A DNA stretch of 63,818 bases from an uncultured Candidatus Saccharibacteria bacterium (GTDB lineage Bacteria > Patescibacteriota > Minisyncoccia > Phycocordibacterales > CSBR16-119): positions 1-63,818 of the forward strand of contig CAZOLO010000004.1 of NCBI GenBank assembly GCA_964581035.1, given 5' to 3'. Position 1 is the first letter of the stretch. Every line of letters begins with the position of its first letter. The translations under genes were made by a program, and so were the position numbers. Below the pieces are notes generated by a model that worked only from the letters and a program-made list of their open reading frames with translations, did not search any database and was not told where the DNA came from. Positions 9,064 through 18,066 of the stretch are shown here, piece after piece.

Positions 9064-9843
9064 ATGAACAAAAAACATGAAAATTACAAAGAGCTAGTTA
9101 TGCGTCTAGCTAAAACTGATTTCAAGTTGAGATATCATGATTCTTTTCTTGGTTATATTTGGGCAATATTGAAACCCCTACTTATATTTACGGTTCTAAA
9201 CTTTGTTTTTTCTTCGATTTTTAATTTTAAAAATTCTGGAACACCTCTTTATTCTCTTGAGCTTTTAACCGCCCTTATGTTGTTCAACTTCTTTGCAGAA
9301 GGTACTACTGCGGGGATGAGGTCTTTAATATCTAAAGCTCAACTGGTTACAAAGACATATGTTCCAAGATGGACTATTGTGGTCTCTTCTACAATAAACT
9401 CGCTGTTTGTTTTTTTGATGAATCTTATTGTTATCATTTTATTTTTTGCAGCGTATGGTGTTCTACCTAGTATAGGAGCCATAATAATATTCTTACTGTT
9501 TGTTGTTCTTTTGTATATTATTGTGCTGGCTTTCTCTTTTTTAACAGCCACAGTCTTTGTAAGATTTAGAGATCTTTCTATGATATGGGAGGTCGTTGTA
9601 ATGATTTTGATGTATATTTCACCAGTTGTTTACCCTCTTTCTTTGATGCCTGAAAATTTGCAAAAGATTATGTTGTTTAATCCACTTGGTTTCATTATCC
9701 ACTTTACAAAACAAGCATTAATATCTGGTCATTTTGCAACAGTATCTCAAATATTTGTTTTAATAGCAGTGATATTTCTATTTATGGGCGGGTCTATTCT
9801 ATGGTTTAATAGAAGTGAAAAAACCATTGCTGAATATATGTAG
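9064..9843 (+). CDS. wzm: ABC-2 type polysaccharide export permease (Wzm/TagG-like)
   Basis: 259 aa with six hydrophobic helices. N-terminal LAKTDFKLRYHDSFLGYIWAILKP motif is typical of ABC-2 glycan exporters. Immediately upstream of the Wzt-type ATPase. Confidence 0.85.
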   Translation: MNKKHENYKELVMRLAKTDFKLRYHDSFLGYIWAILKPLLIFTVLNFVFSSIFNFKNSGTPLYSLELLTALMLFNFFAEGTTAGMRSLISKAQLVTKTYVPRWTIVVSSTINSLFVFLMNLIVIILFFAAYGVLPSIGAIIIFLLFVVLLYIIVLAFSFLTATVFVRFRDLSMIWEVVVMILMYISPVVYPLSLMPENLQKIMLFNPLGFIIHFTKQALISGHFATVSQIFVLIAVIFLFMGGSILWFNRSEKTIAEYM

Positions 9844-9866
9844 AATATGAAATTTTTTAAAAAAAT

Positions 9867-11861
9867 ATGAACAATAAAGAAAAAATTTTTTTTTCGAAAG
9901 AAAAAGATCAGAGCGCTAACATCTCAAATGAAAGAGATTTATTAATTCAACGCATCAAGGGTGTTTTGAAATTAAGAGACATGGATATTAAAAATATAGT
10001 CATTTCAGTTCATATACCAAAAACAGCTGGTTCAACCTTTGCTGGAGTGCTTTCTGAAGAATTGGGAAATAAGATTTTGTTCGTTTATACAGCAGATAAT
10101 GGAAATGGATATTATGTATCAAAAACATTTGCTGATATAGATAGACTTAGAAAGACAGAGGAAGTTGTTGATATGGAAAAAATATTAAGTATTGTAAAAG
10201 AAAATAAAATAAGGTGTATTCATGGTCACGTAAATTTGTCACAAATGGAGAATCTCTTTAAAGGAGAGGGGTTTAATGTCTATGTAATGGCTTTTGTTAG
10301 AGATCCTATACAGAGAGCTTATTCTGAACTTTGTCATAAAAAAATATATGATTTAGACAAAAGGTCAGATATTGATATTTTGGAATCAACAGGGAATAAT
10401 ATATCCTCATTTATTGGTGGATATTCTCTATTAAATAATATTTGTTTTTTTCATACTGAGAATTTTGAAGATGCGATGGGCTCATTATCGCTTTCCTGGG
10501 GTGGTTTTATGAGAAATGTAAACAAAAAAAATAGTAATATTGAATTTAATAAGAGTCTCTTAGAAAAATATAATTCAAAAGACATTGAAATTTATGAAAG
10601 AATACTAAATTTTTTTCCTCGACATGCCAAGAAGAAGAACTCTGGATCTATCGCTATTTCGGCTTTTGGTGTATATAAGAGTTTCAAAATCCCCCTAGAT
10701 AAAATAGACTCTTTAAGGGGCTTGTTTATTTCAATATTTAAGAAAAAAACTTTTGAGAAATTTTTTGCCCTAAGTGATGTTTCATTTGAGATAAACAGGG
10801 GCGAGTTTTTTGGTATTGTTGGAAGTAACGGAAGTGGTAAATCTACTTTACTTAAAATTCTTTCTGGAGTTTATACTCCTAATTTAGGTGGTATCTCTAT
10901 AAAAGGAGCAGTCTCCCCATTTCTAGAGTTAGGAATAGGTTTTAATCCAGAACTTTCTGGTAGAGATAATATATATTTGAATGCTACAGTTTTGGGGTTA
11001 ACAAAAGACCAAGTGGATAAAAAATTTGATCAAATTGTTGATTTTTCTGAACTCGGTCGTTTTATAGATCAAAAAATAAAAAATTATTCTTCTGGTATGC
11101 AGGTTAGATTGGCTTTTTCAGTTTCAATTCATGCAAATAGAGAGATATTATTGATGGACGAAGTTTTGGCTGTTGGAGATGCATCATTTCAGGCAAAATG
11201 CATGAAGGAGTTTTATAGATATAAAAAAGAGGGTAAAACTGTTGTTTTGGTTTCCCACAATCTTTCTGTAATTGAACAGTATTGTGACAGGGCGCTTTTC
11301 TTAGATTCTGGTGAGGTTATTGCTATAGGTGACGCACGTGAAGTTGTCCAAAAATACAGAAATAAAACAGCAGAGAAATTTGCCATTACTCAGGCTAAAG
11401 AATCAGTAAAGCCAAGATCTGATCAATCCCTAGCGGAGGAGATAATATCTAAAAAAGTTGAAATAAAAAGAGTAACTTTTTACGATGGAGAAAATAACAA
11501 AAGACATCTTTTTACAACAGGGTCTGATTTGGTTGTGAGGGTTAAATTTGATGACCGGTTAAGTAGGGATGAAGATTTAAACTTTGGTGTCGCTATCTTT
11601 AGTGAGAAGAATACGTATATTTTAGGAGTAAATACAATTCTAGATAAAGTGGACTGTCGTAAATCTAGAGATAATGGATATTTTGAGATTTCGTACAAAA
11701 ATATACCTCTTAAAAATGGATCTTACTATGTTTCAGTTGGCTTGTTTGGTGAAGATGATTCCATTGTTTATGATTTTATGAATCAGTCTTCTTTTTTTGA
11801 GGTTATTTCTCCTGATCAAAATCATGGAATGGTTGACATAGGATATAGTTGGATTGTATAA
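9867..11861 (+). CDS. wzt: Three-module protein: N-terminal sulfotransferase-like domain, Wzt/TagH ABC ATPase, and C-terminal Wzt_C-type carbohydrate-binding beta-sandwich
   Basis: Sulfotransferase 5'-PSB-like HIPKTAGSTF and 3'-PB-like FVRDPIQRAYSE (aa ~45-250). Walker A GSNGSGKST, signature YSSGMQVRL, Walker B ILLMDEVLAVGD. C-terminal ~135 aa (IKRVTFYDGENN...LKNGSYYVSVGLF) matches the Wzt C-domain pattern. Confidence 0.85.
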   Translation: MNNKEKIFFSKEKDQSANISNERDLLIQRIKGVLKLRDMDIKNIVISVHIPKTAGSTFAGVLSEELGNKILFVYTADNGNGYYVSKTFADIDRLRKTEEVVDMEKILSIVKENKIRCIHGHVNLSQMENLFKGEGFNVYVMAFVRDPIQRAYSELCHKKIYDLDKRSDIDILESTGNNISSFIGGYSLLNNICFFHTENFEDAMGSLSLSWGGFMRNVNKKNSNIEFNKSLLEKYNSKDIEIYERILNFFPRHAKKKNSGSIAISAFGVYKSFKIPLDKIDSLRGLFISIFKKKTFEKFFALSDVSFEINRGEFFGIVGSNGSGKSTLLKILSGVYTPNLGGISIKGAVSPFLELGIGFNPELSGRDNIYLNATVLGLTKDQVDKKFDQIVDFSELGRFIDQKIKNYSSGMQVRLAFSVSIHANREILLMDEVLAVGDASFQAKCMKEFYRYKKEGKTVVLVSHNLSVIEQYCDRALFLDSGEVIAIGDAREVVQKYRNKTAEKFAITQAKESVKPRSDQSLAEEIISKKVEIKRVTFYDGENNKRHLFTTGSDLVVRVKFDDRLSRDEDLNFGVAIFSEKNTYILGVNTILDKVDCRKSRDNGYFEISYKNIPLKNGSYYVSVGLFGEDDSIVYDFMNQSSFFEVISPDQNHGMVDIGYSWIV

Positions 11862-11906
11862 AATGTTTTTTTGTCAAGGAGGACAATACTCTTAATTTTT
11901 GGTAGG

Positions 11907-14900
11907 ATGATTTTTATGAAATGGAGATATTTTAAGCCTGTATTTTCTTATCAGGAATCGTTTGATGATGGGGCTTCTGCCTGGTCTGGGCATCGTTATT
12001 TTGCATATGACTTAATTAGAAATATTAAGCCTGAAGTAATTGTTGAGTTAGGGTCTTACAAGGGTACGTCTTTTTTTTCAATGTGTCAGGCTGTTAAGGA
12101 TGATCTTTATTTATCTAAAGGACTTTTTCCAGTTGACGCATGGGTGGGTGATGAGCACACAGGTTTTTATGACTCATCAATTTACTTAGATTTCATAAAG
12201 ATTAAAGATAAGCATTATGATCAGCTGCCTATAAAACCAATTAAAAAGACTTTTGACGAATCTGTTGGTCTTTTTGAAGATAACTCCATAGATCTTCTTC
12301 ATATAGACGGTTTGCATACCTATGAAGCTGTGAAGCATGATTTTGAGCTTTGGCTACCAAAAATGAAGCAAGATGGGGTGGTTCTTTTTCATGATATTAA
12401 GGTTAAAGAGGGTGACTTTGGGGTGTATCAGTTTTGGGGTGAGATAAAGAATGATTATTTTTCTTTAGAATTTGACCACTCTTTTGGCTTGGGGGTTTTA
12501 TTTTTAAAAGATTTCGATAATTCTATATTGAGAGATGGGGAGGAGCTAAAGATGCACTACTCTTTTTCTCATGAGATGAACAATATTCTATCTATTGAGC
12601 AAAAAGAAAGGGAAATGATAGAACATAGGTCTAAATTTCTGGGCAAGATAGATTTTTTGGAAAAATCAATATCAGATTATTATGAAGAGAAAGAAAAATT
12701 AGAAGGTCAATTTATAAGAATTAAAGAAGAAAAGAATCAGCTTGAAATTGAATTATTATCTTTGAGAGAAAAGGTGGGTGTTTTTGGTTCACGTATTAAT
12801 AGGATGAGTGAAGATATTGCATTAAAAGAAAAAGAGATGGCTGGCAAGGATATAGACCTTGCTATAAAGATCTCTGAAAAAGAAATGCTTATTTCTCAAT
12901 TAGAAAAACAGAGAGAGGTTTTTTTTAATGAGTACCAAGATATCCAAAAAGAGTTAATATCTAGTGTTGGTTTAATAAACAAAAAAGATTTAATCTTGAA
13001 AAATAAAGAAGATGAAATATTGGCAATCTTAAAAAAGCATGAAAAAGATTTAGAGATGGTAAACCTCTCTAAGGTTTCTGAGATTAAAAATAGAGATGAA
13101 ATTATTGAAAACCTCAACAAAGACCTTAATAATAAAAGAGAATCAATTTCTTTGGTTGAACAACAGCTTGATTTATCGAATAGGGAAATAGATAGCCTTA
13201 ATAATAGTATTATTTCGTATCAAGAAATTGTGGCTAGGATGCAAGCCTCAAGCTTTTGGAAAATTAGAAGGGTTTACTTGAATGCTAAATGGGCGATAAC
13301 TAACCCTTATGGATTTTTGAAAAAATATTTGCTAAATAGATTGCCTGGATACCCTCAGATCTATTGGGCGATAACTAACCCTATAAAATATTATAAGAAA
13401 TATCACAAAAGATTTTTGATTACCAAATCCCTGGAGCTTGGTAATAGAGAGGAAAAAGTTGAATTATCCTCTGTTTTTTTTGAATCTGCTAATGATTATA
13501 TAGAAGAAATGCTTAAGCAGTATAAGCATAACAAAAGTGATTATAAAAATATATTCAAGAAAGTTGAGCCGTTTGCTATATACTTCCCACAGTTTCATTT
13601 TATTGAAGAAAATAGAAAATCTTTTTATGAAGGGTATCATGACATGATTAATTTGGCTCATGCAAAAGATGTAAATCCAAACATAGAGTCACCACTTAGT
13701 AGCCCCCTTGGGATGTATGATCTTTCTGAGAATAGAAATATAATTCCAATTCAGATTGAGACTGCGAAAGCATATGGTTTTAAGGGTTTTGGAGTGTACT
13801 ATTATTGGTTTAGTGAAAATTCATCAACTGGAAATAACATGCTAATGAAAGATGTTGTTGATCAATTTTTTATCAAAGATAATGATGGTTTCGAGATATT
13901 CTTTATTTATGCAAATGAAAGTTGGAGTGACAATGTTTCTTTTAATCAAAACTTGAGCGATACGGTTATAAGAAATAAGTACAACGAAACTTCAATTAAG
14001 AAGAATATAAAAAACTTAATTCCATATTTTAAAAACAAAAACTACAAAAAGGTTAATAATAAGCCTGTGTTCTTCATATATCATTCATGGGAAATGACAG
14101 ATAAAGAAATTAAAATTTTCCAAAAGATTGGAGATTCTATGCTTAAAGAAGAAGGGTTTTCTGGTTTGGAGCTGGTTATCAATTCTAATAAAAAGAAATA
14201 CAAGGAGAATGTAAATTATGTACACAATCCAAACTATAAAACTAAGGAGGTCTCAAGTTTTATGTTTCAAGAAAAGGGTGTTAATTATATAGATTACAAA
14301 AAATATTTTGAAGATTATATTTCTAGATCTTTTTCTAAAGAAAATGACATTTTGTCGGTTTTCTATAATTTTGACAATACTATAAGACTGTTTTTCCATG
14401 AAAACAGATCTCAGCATTTAACCAAAACACTTAATAACAATATAGAAAGTTTTAAAAAATTTATCAAAATGCAACTTTCTAAATATTCAAAAAGATCAGG
14501 TGTTTCAAAAATATTTTTAGTTAATTCTTGGAATGAGTGGGGAGAACAGATGGCAATTGAGCCAAGTGAAGAATCTGGATTCAGGCTACTTAATGCTTGG
14601 AGAGAAGCGCTAATGAATAGCTTTGCTACAGAATCTGGGCCACAGAAAGAGGAAAGACTAAATCAATGGCATCCTAAGATATCAATAATAACCCCTACAT
14701 TTAATTCTGGGGAAACCTTAGAAGATTGCATAAAAAGTATAGTGGGCCAGTCTTATAAGAATATTGAGCATGTAATAATAGACAAGATGTCTACTGATAA
14801 CACTTTAGATATCATAAATAAGTATAAGAAAAAATATAAACATATTAAGGTCTTTTCCCAGAATGATTCTGGTATTTATGATGCTATGAATATTGGATTA

Positions 14901-15335
14901 GATCTATGTGAAGGGGATTGGGTTCACTTTTTAGGAAGTGATGACATTCTGTATTCAAATGACACCTTGAGTAAAGTTGTAAAAAATATCTCGTCCGACT
15001 TGGATGTTGTATATGGAAATGTTGTGTGGGGGAACAGCGGCAAGGTTTACGATGGAGCATTTGATAAAATTAAGTTATCTCAGAAAAACATTTGCCACCA
15101 AGCCATGTTCACCAGAAAAGATTTATTTAAAAAGATTGGAAAATTCAATAAAAAATATACAGCTACAGCTGATTGGGAATTTAATATGAGATGGTTTGGT
15201 AGAGAAGACGTTAAAAGTAGATATTTGGATATTATTATTGCGAAATATTGCACAGAGGGATTTTCCTCAAAAAACGAAGACCTAATAATGATAAAGGATC
15301 ATGAAGAAATCGTAAAAAAATATCTATCGATATGA
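11907..15335 (+). CDS. Giant multidomain glycan-assembly protein: class I SAM methyltransferase, ~230-aa coiled coil, WbsX-like domain, GT2 domain
   Basis: N-terminal VIVELGSYKGTSFF...LLHIDGLHTYEAV...VVLFHDI. Heptad-rich K/E/L region at nt ~12553-13260. FAIYFPQFHFIEEN...NSWNEWGEQMAIEP (WbsX-type). ISIITPTFNSGETL...IIDKMSTDNT...GSDD (GT2). Start uncertain (ATG 11907 or 11916; TTG 11871). Confidence 0.85.
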   Translation: MIFMKWRYFKPVFSYQESFDDGASAWSGHRYFAYDLIRNIKPEVIVELGSYKGTSFFSMCQAVKDDLYLSKGLFPVDAWVGDEHTGFYDSSIYLDFIKIKDKHYDQLPIKPIKKTFDESVGLFEDNSIDLLHIDGLHTYEAVKHDFELWLPKMKQDGVVLFHDIKVKEGDFGVYQFWGEIKNDYFSLEFDHSFGLGVLFLKDFDNSILRDGEELKMHYSFSHEMNNILSIEQKEREMIEHRSKFLGKIDFLEKSISDYYEEKEKLEGQFIRIKEEKNQLEIELLSLREKVGVFGSRINRMSEDIALKEKEMAGKDIDLAIKISEKEMLISQLEKQREVFFNEYQDIQKELISSVGLINKKDLILKNKEDEILAILKKHEKDLEMVNLSKVSEIKNRDEIIENLNKDLNNKRESISLVEQQLDLSNREIDSLNNSIISYQEIVARMQASSFWKIRRVYLNAKWAITNPYGFLKKYLLNRLPGYPQIYWAITNPIKYYKKYHKRFLITKSLELGNREEKVELSSVFFESANDYIEEMLKQYKHNKSDYKNIFKKVEPFAIYFPQFHFIEENRKSFYEGYHDMINLAHAKDVNPNIESPLSSPLGMYDLSENRNIIPIQIETAKAYGFKGFGVYYYWFSENSSTGNNMLMKDVVDQFFIKDNDGFEIFFIYANESWSDNVSFNQNLSDTVIRNKYNETSIKKNIKNLIPYFKNKNYKKVNNKPVFFIYHSWEMTDKEIKIFQKIGDSMLKEEGFSGLELVINSNKKKYKENVNYVHNPNYKTKEVSSFMFQEKGVNYIDYKKYFEDYISRSFSKENDILSVFYNFDNTIRLFFHENRSQHLTKTLNNNIESFKKFIKMQLSKYSKRSGVSKIFLVNSWNEWGEQMAIEPSEESGFRLLNAWREALMNSFATESGPQKEERLNQWHPKISIITPTFNSGETLEDCIKSIVGQSYKNIEHVIIDKMSTDNTLDIINKYKKKYKHIKVFSQNDSGIYDAMNIGLDLCEGDWVHFLGSDDILYSNDTLSKVVKNISSDLDVVYGNVVWGNSGKVYDGAFDKIKLSQKNICHQAMFTRKDLFKKIGKFNKKYTATADWEFNMRWFGREDVKSRYLDIIIAKYCTEGFSSKNEDLIMIKDHEEIVKKYLSI

Positions 15336-17158
15336 AAAAATTCTCAATTATAATCCCTGCATTTAAGGGTAAATATCTGAAGACGGCAATAGATTCTGTA
15401 CTCAACCAGTCATATTCTGATTTTGAGCTGGTTGTTTATAACGATGGTTCTCCAGATGATATTTCTAGAATCGTTAAATCCTATAATGATCATCGAATAC
15501 AGTATTATAGCGGTGGCGATAATATTGGTAAAGATTTCCCAACAAGAGCATGGAATAAGGCTGTTGGTATGTCAGTTGGTGAATATATATGTCTTTTGGG
15601 GGACGATGATTTTTTGTCTTTAAATTTTCTAGAGGAGATTTCAGCTTTAATTTTGAAGTATCCAGAGAATAATATATTTAGATCTAAGGTGAATAGAGTT
15701 GACGAAAAAGGAGAAATTATATTTTTTGGAGAGACACTTCCTGAGGAGGAGTCTTGGATGGAATTCCTTTTCCAAAGAAACGTGAATAAGAGAATGCAGT
15801 CCACTTGTGAATTCGTCTTAAAGAAGGAGGCCCTTATTGCTGCTGGGGGTTATAAAGATTTTCCCAGAGCATGTGGTAGTGATGATGTGGCATATTTGCT
15901 TATCGCAAGAGATAGGGGGGTTGTATCAACAAATGGAACCATTGCATATTGGAGAAAACACCATCTAAATATTTCAGATAATGATAGCGATGATATGAAT
16001 GCTTATAAAGTTAGATTTTTTATGGAATGGGAAAGACAATTTTTTAATAGAGAATTCTTTTTGAATCTTCCAAGAAAGGTAGAAGAAAAAGATCTTGTGG
16101 CAGATTTACAAAATAAAATTATGGATCTAGAATGGCAAATTAAAGGTCAAGGGCTTCATTTTGGTTCAAATGGCTGCTTGTCTTTTTTAAAAACTAAATT
16201 TTTATCAAGAAGATTTTTTAAGGGTTCTAGTCTAAAAAATAAAAAAATCTATAAGAAAAAAGTTCTATATATAGGTCACTCTTATCACAACAAGACAAAA
16301 TCAAACAGTTTTTTCATGGACTATTTGAAGGATTTTTATGATGTTGAAGTTTTATCTGATGAATCTTGGATGGGGGGTACATATCCAGATCTAAAGTTTG
16401 TCGATAGTTCTTATCATGCAGTTATATTTTGGCAAAATTTACCTGGACCAGAAATTGTAAAAAAAATAAATAATAATAATCTTGTATTTTTCCCAATGTA
16501 CGATGCCGTGGTGGGGTCTGAATTTAATTTTGATGATAGATATAAGCAAATGAAGATTATAAACTTTTCTAAGAAATCTCATGAAGAATTTTCCTCAAGA
16601 GGATTTAATTCTATGTATATTCAGTATTTCCCGGAGCCCAGAGATTTTACTCCAGGTAAAAGTAACAAAGCTTTCTTTTGGCAGAGAATAAGTAAAATTA
16701 ATGTTAATAATATTATTAATTTGTTTGGTAGTCAGAAAATTCAGATTTACTTACATAAGGCTGTAGATCCAGGGAATGAATTTGTGGAGCCAAAGAAAAA
16801 GGATATCAATAGCTTTAACTTTGTAATCTCTGATTGGTTTGGCTCTAAAGAAGAGATGGTTGATTATATTGAAGATCTAGGTATATACGTTGCCCCTAGA
16901 GAATTTGAAGGTATAGGAATGTCATTTTTGGAAGCCATGTCTATGGGTAAAGCTGTTATTGCTGTAGATAAGCCTACTATGAATGAATATATAGAAAATA
17001 ACAAGAACGGATACTTATATGATCTAGACAATATAAAGAATATAGATTTTTCTAATATAGAAGAAATTCAAAAGAATGCACACTCTTTTATTAAAAAGGG
17101 TTATAATATATGGATGAAGAGGCGCTTTAAGATTATAGATTTTATAGAAAATAAATAA
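15332..17158 (+). CDS. Dual-domain glycosyltransferase (N-terminal GT2, C-terminal GT4/GT-B)
   Basis: FSIIIPAFKGKYLKTAIDSVLNQSY...YNDGSPDD...LGDDD, then C-terminal EGIGMSFLEAMSMGKAVIA...NGYLY (EX7E-type). ATGA overlap with the upstream gene. Confidence 0.85.
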   Translation: MKKFSIIIPAFKGKYLKTAIDSVLNQSYSDFELVVYNDGSPDDISRIVKSYNDHRIQYYSGGDNIGKDFPTRAWNKAVGMSVGEYICLLGDDDFLSLNFLEEISALILKYPENNIFRSKVNRVDEKGEIIFFGETLPEEESWMEFLFQRNVNKRMQSTCEFVLKKEALIAAGGYKDFPRACGSDDVAYLLIARDRGVVSTNGTIAYWRKHHLNISDNDSDDMNAYKVRFFMEWERQFFNREFFLNLPRKVEEKDLVADLQNKIMDLEWQIKGQGLHFGSNGCLSFLKTKFLSRRFFKGSSLKNKKIYKKKVLYIGHSYHNKTKSNSFFMDYLKDFYDVEVLSDESWMGGTYPDLKFVDSSYHAVIFWQNLPGPEIVKKINNNNLVFFPMYDAVVGSEFNFDDRYKQMKIINFSKKSHEEFSSRGFNSMYIQYFPEPRDFTPGKSNKAFFWQRISKINVNNIINLFGSQKIQIYLHKAVDPGNEFVEPKKKDINSFNFVISDWFGSKEEMVDYIEDLGIYVAPREFEGIGMSFLEAMSMGKAVIAVDKPTMNEYIENNKNGYLYDLDNIKNIDFSNIEEIQKNAHSFIKKGYNIWMKRRFKIIDFIENK

Positions 17159-17195
17159 GCCTCTGACTAAATTAAAAACTAGAAATATTTAAATT

Positions 17196-18056
17196 TTGAA
17201 TAACGAAGATCAAAATAATCAAGAATTAGAGTTTGTACCATCTGGTCATTATTTTTCGCCGTCTCCATCTATTAAAGAAATAATATCTAAAGAAAATACA
17301 ATATGGGGTGAAATGCCAAAAGAGATCCCTGGGATAAACCTAAATACAGATGGTCAGTTTGACCTACTGGATAAGTTAGAAGTTTTCTATAAAGATATAC
17401 CCTTTGAGGATCAAAAAAAAGATGGCCTGCGTTATTACTTCGACAATAATGCTTATGGTTATTCGGATGCAATCTTTTTATACTTTATGATTAGATATCT
17501 TAGACCTAAGAGGGTTATAGAAGTAGGGTCGGGATTTTCTTCGTGTGTTATTTTAGACACCAATGAGTTATTTTTTGATTCAAAGATAAACGTTTCTTTC
17601 ATAGAGCCTTATCCTGAGCTTTTGAAGTCTTTGATTAAAGAATCAGATCTTTTGAATAACATGCTCCATTCATCTGGAGTACAAGATGTTCCGCTATCTT
17701 TTTTTGAGTCCTTAGAGTCTGGTGATATATTATTTATAGACTCTACACATGTCTCAAAGATTGGAAGTGATGTGAATTATATAATACACAAAGTACTCCC
17801 AGTTCTTGCATCTGGAGTTCATGTTCATTTTCATGATATCTTTTACCCATTTGAATACCCTAAAGAGTGGGTTATAGAAGAAAGGAGATTTTGGAATGAG
17901 CAATACTTATTAAGGGCTTTTTTAGAATTCAACTCAGAATATGAGATAGTAATCTTTAACACTTATTTGGAGTATTTATTCAGATCTAAATTAGAAGAAA
18001 GGTTTCCTCTTATTTTTAAGAATCCTGGTGGAAGTATCTGGATAAAAAGAAAATAG
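17196..18056 (+). CDS. Class I SAM-dependent methyltransferase (same subtype as the N-terminus of the 11907-15335 protein)
   Basis: PSGHYFSP N-terminal motif, VIEVGSGFSSCV, ILFIDSTHVSKIGSDV, VHVHFHDIFYPFEYP. TTG start at 17196; there is no in-frame ATG upstream of the conserved N-terminus. Confidence 0.75.
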   Translation: MNNEDQNNQELEFVPSGHYFSPSPSIKEIISKENTIWGEMPKEIPGINLNTDGQFDLLDKLEVFYKDIPFEDQKKDGLRYYFDNNAYGYSDAIFLYFMIRYLRPKRVIEVGSGFSSCVILDTNELFFDSKINVSFIEPYPELLKSLIKESDLLNNMLHSSGVQDVPLSFFESLESGDILFIDSTHVSKIGSDVNYIIHKVLPVLASGVHVHFHDIFYPFEYPKEWVIEERRFWNEQYLLRAFLEFNSEYEIVIFNTYLEYLFRSKLEERFPLIFKNPGGSIWIKRK

Positions 18057-18066
18057 CCAATAAAAA

